The notes beneath the pieces are model-generated. The model saw only the letters and a list, made by a program, of their open reading frames with translations, had not been told where the DNA came from and made no database searches. The position numbers were made by a program, and so were the translations under genes. From Thalassobaculaceae bacterium (GTDB taxonomy: Bacteria > Pseudomonadota > Alphaproteobacteria > Thalassobaculales > Thalassobaculaceae), in contig OZ245843.1 in the NCBI GenBank assembly GCA_965228875.1, positions 1 through 64,000 of the forward strand: a stretch of DNA of 64,000 nt, written 5' to 3'. Positions 46,654 to 55,728 of the stretch are shown piece by piece (positions within the stretch are counted from its first letter, which is position 1; each line of letters opens with the position of its first letter).

Positions 46654-49479
46654 TCACTGTCCCAACCGCTCCAGGATCGAGGGCACGTGCACCTGATCCG
46701 CCTTGTAGTTTCCGGTCAGCGCGTACATGACCAGGTTGATGCCGAAGCGGGTCGCCATCTCGCGCTGCAGCTCGCCGCCGGGCACGACCGGGAAGCGCGG
46801 CAGGCTGGAGGTGTCGCGCGCCCAGGCGCCGGCCCAGTCGTGGCTCCCGACCAGCACCGGCGAGACCTCGGTGTCGGAAGAGCGGATCCGCTCGTCCTCG
46901 AGCCACACCGTGCCGCCGGTGTAGCGGCCGGGAAACTCGTCGAGCAGGTAGAAGGCGCGGGTGAGCACATGATCGGGCGAGGCGGGGGCGAGCGGCGGAA
47001 TGTCGAGGCCCTGGCTGAGCTGAACCAGCCGACGCAGGCCGGAACCGCCGGCGGCGCCCGGTATCGTGACCTCGTAGCGGTCGCGGGTGTCGAAGATGAT
47101 GATCCCACCGTTGCGCATGTAGTCATTGACGCGGGCGACGGCGGTGCCCGACAGTTCCGGTTGGTCGCGGGTGATCGGCCAGTAGAGCAGCGGGAAGAAC
47201 GCAAGCTCGTCACGTTCGACATCGAGGCCGAAGGGCATCGCCGGCTCGACGGCCGTCCGCCGGGTCAGTTCCTCGCTGAGCCCGATCAGGCCGTCTCGAC
47301 TGATCCCATCGATCCAGGTGTCGCCCGTCAGCACATAGGCGAGCCGCATCTCCGACGCGGCCTCCAGCGCGAACAGTTCGGGGTCGGCCGGTTGCTGTTG
47401 TTGTTGCCGCGGCGTCGCCATCTGGGCCGCGGCACCGGTCGGGTCCAGAACTAGAGCGGTCAACAGGATCGCCGCCACGCCGCCTCCGACACCGCCCCCC
47501 GCGCGACGTTCGCGCGCGCCGCCTCCGGCCATGGCGGTGCCGAACAGCAGCCCGCGCAGCGCCAGGCCAACAAGGGTATCGATAATCGCTAAAACGGTGG
47601 CGAGGGCCAGGAACCAGCCCTGAAGCTCGGTGTCACGCCCGGACTCAAGAGGCTGGGACACGGCACCGTCGGGTATGCCAACGGCCAGTCCGGCACCGGT
47701 CAGGGTCGGCCCGAGATTGACCGCCTCGCGCGCGCTGTCATCGCCGTAGAACCCGGGCGGATGGCGCGGCCCGATCGCGGGGGGAGCTGTCTCCGCGCGT
47801 TCGGCGGCCGGCGGCAGCGGCTCGATCCCCGCGCCCGGGCCGACGAGCGTGCCGTAGCCGTCGAGCAGCGCATGGGGCGGCATCGGCCGCTCGTTCGCAC
47901 CGCCGATCCCCTGGCTCAGCGCCACGATTCGTCTGAGCATTTGAACGAACAGACCGGACAGCGGCAGGTTGCTCCAGTCGGCATTGGCGGTGGTGTGGAC
48001 CAGGATCAGCCAGCCGTCGCCGCGCCGCTCGGCGGTCACGATCGGCGTGCCGTCCTGCAGCCGAGCCCAGGTCTTTTCGCCCAGATCGATCGACGGCTCG
48101 GCCAGCACCTGGCGCGACACGGTCACGTCCTGCGGCACCGCGATTCCGGCGAACGGGCTTGTCGAGGCGAACGGCGCTAGCGGCTCGGGACGCGACCACG
48201 ACAGTGCGCCGCCGAGCGTGCGGTCTCCGCGGCGCACCCGGACCGGCAGCAGCGCATCCCCGCCCGCATCGGCACCGGAGGCGGCCAGCCGCTCGCCGGC
48301 GAAGCGCAGCAGGACACCGCCGTCTTCCACGAAGCTCTCCAGCGACTGGCGCTGCTGGAAAGTCAGGCCTCCGGCATCGGCCAGAACGACCACCGCCAGC
48401 TCGCGCTCGAGAAGACTGTCGACATCGCCGCGCCGGACCTCGGTGAAGGGGGCGAGTGCCCGGTCGAGGTAGTAGAGGTCGTCGAGCAACGGCTGCGAGC
48501 CCTCGAAGTCCCGGGCCGATACCAGTCCGACCGGCCGGCGCATGTAGCGCTCGTCCATCAGCAGGACGGCGGCGGCGGTGGTCTCGTCCTCGACCTCGAG
48601 GCGGGCGACCTCGTTGCGCAGCTCGGTCGGCAGGTCGATTCGAACGGCGAGCCGGTCGCTGTCCGCCTCGAAGATCGCTGTCTGTCGGGTGAGAACACGC
48701 CCGTCCTCGGCGATCGCGCGTACGGCGATCACACGCTCGCCGACGGTGGTGCCGCGCCGCACCTCGGCGGTGAGTTCGATGGCGGAAGGGGCCGGGTCGT
48801 CGAGCCAGACCGGTCCGCCGGATCCGTCCGCTATGACGACCAGGGCGCCGATCTGGGCCAGCCGGTCGGCGAAGGTCCCGGACCCCGGCGCGGCGATGGC
48901 CTCGCGCAGCCAGGCGACCGTGGCGTCGGGGCCGAGTGCGATATCCTCGAGTAACTCGGCCACGGCCTCGAGGTCGCGTCCCCAAGGTTTCGGGGTCAGC
49001 GCGCCGATCGTCGCCCGCAACGTGGCCGGCGGCGCCAGATCGACCTCGCGGCGCTGGCCGGGCATCGGCGCGGCCGTGGTCACCAGGGCGACCGCCCGGT
49101 TCTCCCGCTCCGCCTGGTCGAGAATGCGCAATGCGCGGTCCCGCCGCGCCTCGAAATCCCGGGCCGAGGACCAGCCGTCGTCGAACACCAGAAGGATCGC
49201 TCCCCCCGCGGGGATCGCCGTGCCCGACGGGATCAGCGGCCGCGCGATGGCCACGATCACCAGGGCGGCGATCAGCAGGCGCAGCAACAGCAGCCACCAG
49301 GGCGTGGAATGGGGTGTGTCCTCCTCCGGCTTCAGCCCTTCGAGCAGGCGGATCGCCGGGAAGCTGACGCGCTGGGGCGCCGGTGGGATCACCCGAAGCA
49401 GCCACCACAGGACCGGCAGCGCGGCCAGGGCGGCAAGTGCCCAGGGGACGGCGAAGGCGAAGGGGCCGAGAACCAGCAT
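46654..49479 (-). CDS. BatA N-terminal / DUF4159-domain protein
   Basis: PW.L..L..LP.LWWLLR..PP.P...FP; DDGWS; C-terminal LYWP, HVLTRAFYLL..FPGR, NL.MYALTGNYKADQVH. Confidence 0.87.
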   Translation of the reverse strand: MLVLGPFAFAVPWALAALAALPVLWWLLRVIPPAPQRVSFPAIRLLEGLKPEEDTPHSTPWWLLLLRLLIAALVIVAIARPLIPSGTAIPAGGAILLVFDDGWSSARDFEARRDRALRILDQAERENRAVALVTTAAPMPGQRREVDLAPPATLRATIGALTPKPWGRDLEAVAELLEDIALGPDATVAWLREAIAAPGSGTFADRLAQIGALVVIADGSGGPVWLDDPAPSAIELTAEVRRGTTVGERVIAVRAIAEDGRVLTRQTAIFEADSDRLAVRIDLPTELRNEVARLEVEDETTAAAVLLMDERYMRRPVGLVSARDFEGSQPLLDDLYYLDRALAPFTEVRRGDVDSLLERELAVVVLADAGGLTFQQRQSLESFVEDGGVLLRFAGERLAASGADAGGDALLPVRVRRGDRTLGGALSWSRPEPLAPFASTSPFAGIAVPQDVTVSRQVLAEPSIDLGEKTWARLQDGTPIVTAERRGDGWLILVHTTANADWSNLPLSGLFVQMLRRIVALSQGIGGANERPMPPHALLDGYGTLVGPGAGIEPLPPAAERAETAPPAIGPRHPPGFYGDDSAREAVNLGPTLTGAGLAVGIPDGAVSQPLESGRDTELQGWFLALATVLAIIDTLVGLALRGLLFGTAMAGGGARERRAGGGVGGGVAAILLTALVLDPTGAAAQMATPRQQQQQPADPELFALEAASEMRLAYVLTGDTWIDGISRDGLIGLSEELTRRTAVEPAMPFGLDVERDELAFFPLLYWPITRDQPELSGTAVARVNDYMRNGGIIIFDTRDRYEVTIPGAAGGSGLRRLVQLSQGLDIPPLAPASPDHVLTRAFYLLDEFPGRYTGGTVWLEDERIRSSDTEVSPVLVGSHDWAGAWARDTSSLPRFPVVPGGELQREMATRFGINLVMYALTGNYKADQVHVPSILERLGQ

Positions 49480-49489
49480 CCGCCGCGCC

Positions 49490-50347
49490 TCAGTCCGGTC
49501 GCGCGCCGATGACGGCGTAGAGCGCCAGCAAGGCGGCCTCCGCCGGTCGGTCGGTGGAATGGTGGGCGAAGGTCCACCCTGCACGACGCGCGATTTCCGC
49601 CAGACCCTCGCGGTGGGCGGCGAACCGGCCGGCATAATCCTCCGCCACCCGTTCTGCCCGGCCGAGAAGTTGCGGCAGCTCCTGCTCGAGCCCCTCGAAG
49701 CGGACGCGACCGCTGAACGGGAAGCGTTCCTCCGCGGGGTCCGTGACCTGGAGGATGTGGCCGCGGACCCCCTCCGCCGCCCAGCGCCGGACCAGGGCGT
49801 CGATCTCGGAGAGCGGATCGAACAGGTCGCCGATCAGGACCGCCGTGCCGTGGCGCGGCAGGGGTTCGTAGACCGGCAGGGATCCGGCCGAGTCCTCGGT
49901 TGCCGACAAAAGGGCCGCCATCGGTTCGAGCGCGGTGCGCCCGGTGCGCGGCGCGATCTGTTCGCCGAGCAGGCCGACCCGTTCGCCCGCCTCGATCAGC
50001 AGGACGCCGAGCGCCATGGTCAGCAGCGCGGCCCGCTCGCGCTTCTCCGGCAGGCGGCGGTCCGAGCGCCAGCGCATGGAGGGAGACGGGTCGCGCCACA
50101 GGTGAACGGTCTGCGCCGTCGCCTGCTCGCGCTCGCGCACGAAAGTCGTGTGGCCCATCGCGGAGCGCCGCCAGTCGATGCTGCGCACCGCGTCGAACGG
50201 CTGATAGGGACGGAACTGCCAGAAATCGTCGCCAAGCCCGGCCCGGCGTCGGCCGTGGGCTCCGGGCGCCACCGTCTGCGCGACACGCTGGGCCGCCACC
50301 AGAAGCGGCGGCAGGGTGGCGGCAAGGTCCTGGGCCTGTTGGCGCAT
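49490..50347 (-). CDS. DUF58 family protein
   Basis: G.HGRRR.G.G..FWQFR.Y, IDWRRS and D.SPSM motifs. Confidence 0.9.
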   Translation of the reverse strand: MRQQAQDLAATLPPLLVAAQRVAQTVAPGAHGRRRAGLGDDFWQFRPYQPFDAVRSIDWRRSAMGHTTFVREREQATAQTVHLWRDPSPSMRWRSDRRLPEKRERAALLTMALGVLLIEAGERVGLLGEQIAPRTGRTALEPMAALLSATEDSAGSLPVYEPLPRHGTAVLIGDLFDPLSEIDALVRRWAAEGVRGHILQVTDPAEERFPFSGRVRFEGLEQELPQLLGRAERVAEDYAGRFAAHREGLAEIARRAGWTFAHHSTDRPAEAALLALYAVIGARPD

Positions 50348-50375
50348 CAGCGCTCCATCACAGCGAGAGGCCGTA

Positions 50376-51404
50376 TCAGCGGTACGGCGCGCACAGACGA
50401 TCGATCACGGAGTCGAGCGACACGCCTTCGGCGCGGGCGGCGAAGTTGAGCGCCATGCGGTGGCGCAGCACCGGGTGCGCCAGCTCCAGCACGTCGTCGA
50501 TCGAGGGTGCAAGCCTGCCGTCCAGCACTGCGCGCGCGCGCACCGCGAGCATCAGCGCCTGGCTGGCGCGCGGGCCGGGCCCCCAGGATACGTGCCGGCG
50601 GACCTCCTCGATCTCGCTGCCGTCGGGTCGCCCCGAGCGCACGATTGCGAGGATCGCCTCGACCAGGGTTTCGCCAACCGGCAGATGGCGCAGGAGTTGC
50701 TGTGCCCTGAGCAACGCATCGGCGCTCAGGACCCGCGCCGGTTTCTCCTCCTCGGCGCCGGTGGTGGCGATCAGCATCGCACGCTCGGACTCGATATCCG
50801 GGTAGCCGACGCTGACTTGCAGAAGGAAGCGGTCGAGCTGCGCCTCGGGCAGCGGGTAGGTGCCCTCCTGCTCCAGCGGATTCTGGGTCGCCAGGACGTG
50901 GAAGGGACGCGGCAACGCGTGGGTATGGCCGGCGACGGAGATACTGTGTTCCTGCATCGCCTGGAGCAGCGCCGACTGGGTTCGCGGACTGGCGCGGTTG
51001 ATCTCGTCCGCCATCAGAAGCTGGGCGAAGACCGGCCCCTCCACGAAGCGGAAGGACCGCTTGCCGGCCGTATCCTCGTCGAGGATCTCGGAGCCGAGAA
51101 TGTCCGAGGGCATCAGGTCCGGCGTGCACTGGATGCGCTTGTCGTCGAGACCGAGGATGATGCCCAGGGTCTCGACGAGGCGGGTCTTGGCGAGGCCGGG
51201 AACGCCGATCAGCAGGGCGTGCCCGCCGGCCAGCACCGTCACCAGCGTCTGGTCGACCACGTCCTGCTGTCCGAAGATGATCCGGGCGACGCCGCCGCGG
51301 ACGTCGGCGAGGGTCTCGGCCAGAGCCTCCACCTCGCGGACGAAGGCCGCGCCGTCGGTCGGGATGGCGTTCGGGCGGGGATCGAGGGTGGTGGTATCGC
51401 TCAT
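50376..51404 (-). CDS. MoxR-family AAA+ ATPase
   Basis: GVPGLAKT, RIQCTPDLMPSD, ADEINRA, ATQNPLEQEGTYPLPEAQLDRF. Confidence 0.95.
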   Translation of the reverse strand: MSDTTTLDPRPNAIPTDGAAFVREVEALAETLADVRGGVARIIFGQQDVVDQTLVTVLAGGHALLIGVPGLAKTRLVETLGIILGLDDKRIQCTPDLMPSDILGSEILDEDTAGKRSFRFVEGPVFAQLLMADEINRASPRTQSALLQAMQEHSISVAGHTHALPRPFHVLATQNPLEQEGTYPLPEAQLDRFLLQVSVGYPDIESERAMLIATTGAEEEKPARVLSADALLRAQQLLRHLPVGETLVEAILAIVRSGRPDGSEIEEVRRHVSWGPGPRASQALMLAVRARAVLDGRLAPSIDDVLELAHPVLRHRMALNFAARAEGVSLDSVIDRLCAPYR

Positions 51405-51523
51405 CGCAGCTATATTTCCTCAGTGGGGGCGCGGCGTTGGGGCGCTTCCGATCCGATCCGGCCGAAGCGATCCCGAACGATTATCGTCGAACGCGCCCGG
51501 ATCCCTGCACGCCAAAGGCGGAC

Positions 51524-52123
51524 ATGAGAGACATGGGGCAAGACAGCGTTCGGTCCATCCATGACATTGAGCGTAGCGTGACGGACGCCGCGCAAAAAGG
51601 GGCCTCGGCGCAACTCTCGGATTCGTGTGCCGACGACGCACCGCGGGATTTCGGCCTGCGCATCGGCCGGGACGGGACCTGGTACTATCTCGGCTCGCCG
51701 ATTCAACGCCTGCCCCTCGTCAAACTCTTCGCCACCGTTCTGCGCCTTGGCGAGGACGGTCGATACTGGCTCGTCACTCCGGCGGAGCGCGGGATCATTC
51801 AGGTGGACGACGCGCCATTCGTCGCCGTCGATGTCGACCTGGATCCGCCGGGCGCCGCCGCCGGCCCCGGATCGACCCTGAGTTTCCGGACCAATCTTGA
51901 CGAAACCGTGGTCGCCGGTCCGGATCATCCGATTCGCCTCGCCCTGGATCCCGAGACCGGCGAGCCGGCCCCGTATGTCCTGGTCCGCGACGGTCTGGAG
52001 GCGCTCATCAACCGCGCGACGTATTATCGGCTGGCCGAGCTGGCGGTTCCGCGCGGGGCGGAGACGGACGAACTCGGTGTATGGAGCGGGGGGGAGTTCT
52101 TTCCCCTGGGCAGGGCCGAGTGA
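51524..52123 (+). CDS. DUF1285 family protein
   Basis: I.RDGTWYY.GSPI.R..LVKLF, LVTP.E, VDDAPF and PYV.VR.GLEA motifs. Confidence 0.87.
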   Translation: MRDMGQDSVRSIHDIERSVTDAAQKGASAQLSDSCADDAPRDFGLRIGRDGTWYYLGSPIQRLPLVKLFATVLRLGEDGRYWLVTPAERGIIQVDDAPFVAVDVDLDPPGAAAGPGSTLSFRTNLDETVVAGPDHPIRLALDPETGEPAPYVLVRDGLEALINRATYYRLAELAVPRGAETDELGVWSGGEFFPLGRAE

Positions 52124-52794
52124 ACGACGCAGCACGACCGATCATCCCCCACAGCCACGAGACGTTCCGGCGTCAGTTTCTCGCGGCCGCCAACGGCACG
52201 GTCACGAACGGCCTGGCGCATGCCGTTTCGCCGGTCGTGCACTTTCGCGGCGACCATGACCTGAACCCGGGCATGGCGGTGCCGGAGGACCCGCGCCACG
52301 CGGCGGTGCTGGTCCCGATCGTCGAGCGCGACGGGCATCTCACTGTGCTTCTGACCCGCCGATCGGACGATCTGCCGGTGCACAAGGGTCAGATCAGCTT
52401 TCCCGGCGGCCGCGTCGAGGAGGAGGACGCCGACCATGTCGAGACGGCCCTGCGCGAGAGCGAGGAGGAGATCGGGCTCGACCGCGGCGCCGTCGAGGTC
52501 GTCGGCCGGCTGGACACCTATCTGACGCGTACCGGCTTCTCCGTGACCCCGGTGATCGGTTTCGTGCGCCCGCCGCTCGACCTCACCGCGGATCCCGTGG
52601 AGGTAGCCGAGATCTTCGAGGTGCCGCTGGGCTTTCTGCTCGACCGGTCCAACCAGGAACGCCACAGCCGCGAATGGCAGGGCAAGACCCGCCACTTCTT
52701 CGTCTTGCCGTACGAGCACTATTACATCTGGGGGGCGACGGCGGGCATGCTGGTGAACCTGTCAGACGTGATACACGCCGCCGCCGGTCGCTGA
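52120..52794 (+). CDS. CoA pyrophosphatase (Nudix, NudL-like)
   Basis: LLT.R, H.GQISFPGG, ALRES.EEIGL and IWGATA motifs; GTGA overlap. Confidence 0.92.
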   Translation: MNDAARPIIPHSHETFRRQFLAAANGTVTNGLAHAVSPVVHFRGDHDLNPGMAVPEDPRHAAVLVPIVERDGHLTVLLTRRSDDLPVHKGQISFPGGRVEEEDADHVETALRESEEEIGLDRGAVEVVGRLDTYLTRTGFSVTPVIGFVRPPLDLTADPVEVAEIFEVPLGFLLDRSNQERHSREWQGKTRHFFVLPYEHYYIWGATAGMLVNLSDVIHAAAGR

Positions 52795-52810
52795 GCCGGG
52801 GACGCCGCCG

Positions 52811-54052
52811 ATGCGACCGGCCGAGACCGTCCCTGTCGCCGACTGGATGCGCCATCCCGCCGCCGGCGCCGTGCTTGCCGCTCTCGAGGCCGGCGGACAT
52901 ACCGGGCGGTTCGTTGGCGGCGCGGTGCGCAACCACGTCCTGGGCCTGGCGGTGACCGATTTCGACATCGCCACCGACGCTGCGCCCGAACGGACGCTGG
53001 AATTATGCCGTGCGGCCGGATTGCGCGTCGTCCCGACCGGGATCGAGCATGGCACCGTCACTGTTGTCCATGCCGGCGAGCCGGTGGAGGTGACCACCCT
53101 GCGCCGCGACGTGGCAACCGACGGGCGAAGGGCCGTCGTCGCCTTCACCGATGACTGGGTCGAGGACGCGGTGCGCCGCGACTTCACCATGAACGCGCTG
53201 TATCTCGATGCCGACGGCGCCTTGTACGACCCGACCGGCGACGGCATCGCCGACGCCAGGGCCCGACGGGTCCGCTTCGTCGGCGATCCCGAGACCCGGA
53301 TCCGTGAGGATGTGCTGCGTGTCCTGCGGTTCTTTCGTTTTCATGCCAGCTACGGGCGCGGCGACCTGGATACAGCGGGGCTGGCCGCCTGCGAGGCATT
53401 GGCACCGTCCCTGGAACGGCTTTCAGGCGAACGGATCTGGAAGGAGCTGGCGCGCCTGCTGGTCGCTCCGGGCGCGGCGGACGTGCTGGTCACCATGGCC
53501 GAGTCCGGCGTCGCCCGACACCTGTGGGACGGGCCTGTCGACGCCGGCCGGGCGGTGGCTCTGATCGCGATCGAGGAGCGTCACGGCCTCGCACCCGATC
53601 CGCTTCGCCGCTTCGCCGCCCTGGTCGCGGAGCCGGACGGAGCGGCCGCTGTGGCCGACCGCCTGCGCCTGTCCAACGTCCACACCCGTCGATTGGCTAC
53701 GATGCTGGCCACGCCGGGAGACGCGCCGTGTGGCGCGGCGGGGCGGCGGGCCGCACTGTACCGGGCCGGGGCAGAGGCCTTCATCGACGCGCGAATCCTG
53801 CGGGCGGCGGAGAGGGGCGCGGATAGTTCCGATCTTGCCGCAGACCTCGCTCTCGCACGGGACTGGACGCCACCGTCGTTCCCGCTTGGCGGCGGCGACG
53901 TCACCGCCCTCGGCATTCCGCCAGGGCCGCGCGTCGGAGAATTGCTGCGCCGGGTCGAGGAGTGGTGGATCATGGGGAACTTCGCCGCCGATGCGGACGC
54001 CTGTCGGGCGGAACTGCGTCGCATGGTGTCAGAGGGAGGAGAGACGTCATGA
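52811..54052 (+). CDS. cca: CCA tRNA nucleotidyltransferase
   Basis: VGGAVR, DFD, EVTTLR.D..TDGR, RRDFTMNA, ED.LR.LR and SGERI motifs. Confidence 0.92.
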   Translation: MRPAETVPVADWMRHPAAGAVLAALEAGGHTGRFVGGAVRNHVLGLAVTDFDIATDAAPERTLELCRAAGLRVVPTGIEHGTVTVVHAGEPVEVTTLRRDVATDGRRAVVAFTDDWVEDAVRRDFTMNALYLDADGALYDPTGDGIADARARRVRFVGDPETRIREDVLRVLRFFRFHASYGRGDLDTAGLAACEALAPSLERLSGERIWKELARLLVAPGAADVLVTMAESGVARHLWDGPVDAGRAVALIAIEERHGLAPDPLRRFAALVAEPDGAAAVADRLRLSNVHTRRLATMLATPGDAPCGAAGRRAALYRAGAEAFIDARILRAAERGADSSDLAADLALARDWTPPSFPLGGGDVTALGIPPGPRVGELLRRVEEWWIMGNFAADADACRAELRRMVSEGGETS

Positions 54053-54810
54053 CCAGCCCGTTCGCCAATGCCCTGATCGGGGCCCGCCGTGCCCAGTCCC
54101 GGATCTCCCTGCCGGAGGGGGTGCCGGAGGATCGGTCAGCCGCGTTCGCCGCACAGGTGGAGACACTGAGCGGGCTCGGCCTCGGTGTCGCCGGCTTCAA
54201 GGTCGGCGCCCAGGGCCGCTCGGGCGAGCCGAGCGCCGCACCGCTGGCCGCCGGGACGGTGCATCGCGACCATGCCCGCTTCGTGTCGACGGCGCGCAGC
54301 CCGCTCTGGCTCGAGGCGGAGGTGGCGATGGTGGTCGGCCGCGACATCGCCTGCGACCATGGCACGCCCGAGGAGGAGGTGCTGGCGGCGATGGAGGGGC
54401 TGGCCGCCGCCATCGAGGTGGTCGAGCCGCGTATCCTCGAATGGCCGAACATCCCGCCGCTGGCGGCCATGGCCGATTTCCAGGCCAACGGCGCGACGGT
54501 GGTCTCGGCCGTCGGTTCGCCGGCGACCGGCGTGAACGTCGAGGACCTGACCGTGACCTTCGAGATGGGACCGGTGCATGTGGAGGTGCAGGGCCGCAAT
54601 TACCCGGGTCAGGACATGAACCGGCTGCCGACCTGGCTGGTCAACCATATGGCCGGTTGGGGGCCGGAACTGGCGGAACGCGGCCTTAAGACCGGAGACG
54701 TGATCATCACCGGGTCCTGGGTCGGGGTGATCCCGGCCGAGGCCGGCGAGACTGCCACGGTGACGATCCCTGGCGTCGGCAGCGTGAGCGTGGAGATCGC
54801 GGCGGAGTGA
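54049..54810 (+). CDS. FAH-superfamily hydratase (2-keto-4-pentenoate hydratase-like)
   Basis: GFKVG, EAEVA, AIEVVE.R, AD...NG and GDVIITGSW motifs. Confidence 0.8.
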   Translation: MTSPFANALIGARRAQSRISLPEGVPEDRSAAFAAQVETLSGLGLGVAGFKVGAQGRSGEPSAAPLAAGTVHRDHARFVSTARSPLWLEAEVAMVVGRDIACDHGTPEEEVLAAMEGLAAAIEVVEPRILEWPNIPPLAAMADFQANGATVVSAVGSPATGVNVEDLTVTFEMGPVHVEVQGRNYPGQDMNRLPTWLVNHMAGWGPELAERGLKTGDVIITGSWVGVIPAEAGETATVTIPGVGSVSVEIAAE

Positions 54811-54853
54811 CGAGGCCGGCACCCCTTGAACTTCGTGCCCAAGCCGGTACATA

Positions 54854-54927
54854 GGCGGGCGAGAGGCCACGTCCTCCCCCGCCATGGGTAGAAGTCCGGG
54901 ACGGCCCGGCGGTCCGCTATTCGGAGC
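54854..54927 (+). promoter_or_regulatory. Guanidine-II (mini-ykkC)-like riboswitch leader
   Basis: CCGGG-ACGG-CCCGG hairpin (54896-54909) just before SD GGAG of sugE; upstream hairpin GAGG-CCACGT-CCTC has an atypical loop; promoter-like TTGAAC-N16-TACATA at 54826-54853. Confidence 0.6.
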
Positions 54928-54932
54928 CCGCC

Positions 54933-55253
54933 ATGCCGTGGATCGTCCTGACCGTCGCTGGTCTCTTCGAAATCGTCTGGGCCTTCTCGATGAAGCAGTC
55001 GGCCGGGTTCACCCGGCTCGGCCCGTCGATCGTCACACTCGCCGCCATGGTCGCCAGCTTCGGCCTTCTGGCCTGGGCGATGCGCTCGCTCCCGCTGGGT
55101 ACGGCCTACATGGTGTGGACGGGGATCGGCGCGGTCGGTGCCTTCGTGGTGGGCGTCCTGTTCCTGGGCGAGGCGGTCAACGCGCTGCGGATCGCGGCGG
55201 CCCTGCTGATCGTTGCCGGTCTGGTGCTGATGAAGCTTTCGACCCCGGGTTAG
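54933..55253 (+). CDS. sugE: SMR guanidinium exporter Gdx/SugE
   Basis: W..L..AG.FEI.WA..MK.S.GF and LPLGTAY.VWTGIG; four TMs. Confidence 0.92.
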   Translation: MPWIVLTVAGLFEIVWAFSMKQSAGFTRLGPSIVTLAAMVASFGLLAWAMRSLPLGTAYMVWTGIGAVGAFVVGVLFLGEAVNALRIAAALLIVAGLVLMKLSTPG

Positions 55254-55260
55254 AGCGCGC

Positions 55261-55719
55261 CTATGTCTGCGGCCGGAACGCCTCCATCCGGTGGAAGAAC
55301 GGCCGACAGCCGACCGCCTGCCAGAACGCCTGACCGCCGGGGTTGCTCTCCAGCACGTCGAGGGTGACGCGCCCGCCGGGCGGCAGGCGATGCGCCAGGA
55401 ACAGCTCGAACCCGTCGCGGCCCAGCCCGTGGCGGCGGAATCGGCGGTCGACGCAGAACTGGCGGATGAACCGCTCCGGGATGTCGGCGTTCAGCGGGTA
55501 GGGGTTGGGGGCGTGCAGGATGTAGCCGGCGGCATGGCCGTCCACGTCGATGATGTCCTGGGCCCATTCGCCGGTACGCTGCCATTCCCGGTGGCGGGCG
55601 ACCAACTCGTCGTCGGTGAGCTGGGTCGGATGGCCCTCGTCCTCGAGGAGCTGCCGGTTCAGTCTGGCCAGCGTCTCCAGATCGTCGGGGCCGGCGGGAC
55701 GGAGCGATAGCGTGGCCAA
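55261..55719 (-). CDS. GNAT N-acetyltransferase
   Basis: F.V...RR.G.G motif A and N....AFW...G; TTG start after SD AGGAGG. Confidence 0.85.
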   Translation of the reverse strand: MATLSLRPAGPDDLETLARLNRQLLEDEGHPTQLTDDELVARHREWQRTGEWAQDIIDVDGHAAGYILHAPNPYPLNADIPERFIRQFCVDRRFRRHGLGRDGFELFLAHRLPPGGRVTLDVLESNPGGQAFWQAVGCRPFFHRMEAFRPQT

Positions 55720-55728
55720 GCGGACCTC

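Noticed and set aside
47391..47406. CAA/CAG poly-Gln tract as a phase-variation site
   Set aside because: Short, mixed codons and frame-preserving.
54885..54902. Guanidine-I (ykkC) riboswitch, suggested by GGGTAGAAGTCCGGGA
   Set aside because: The conserved 5' CTAGGGTTCC and GGTCCGAG elements are absent and the leader is too short.
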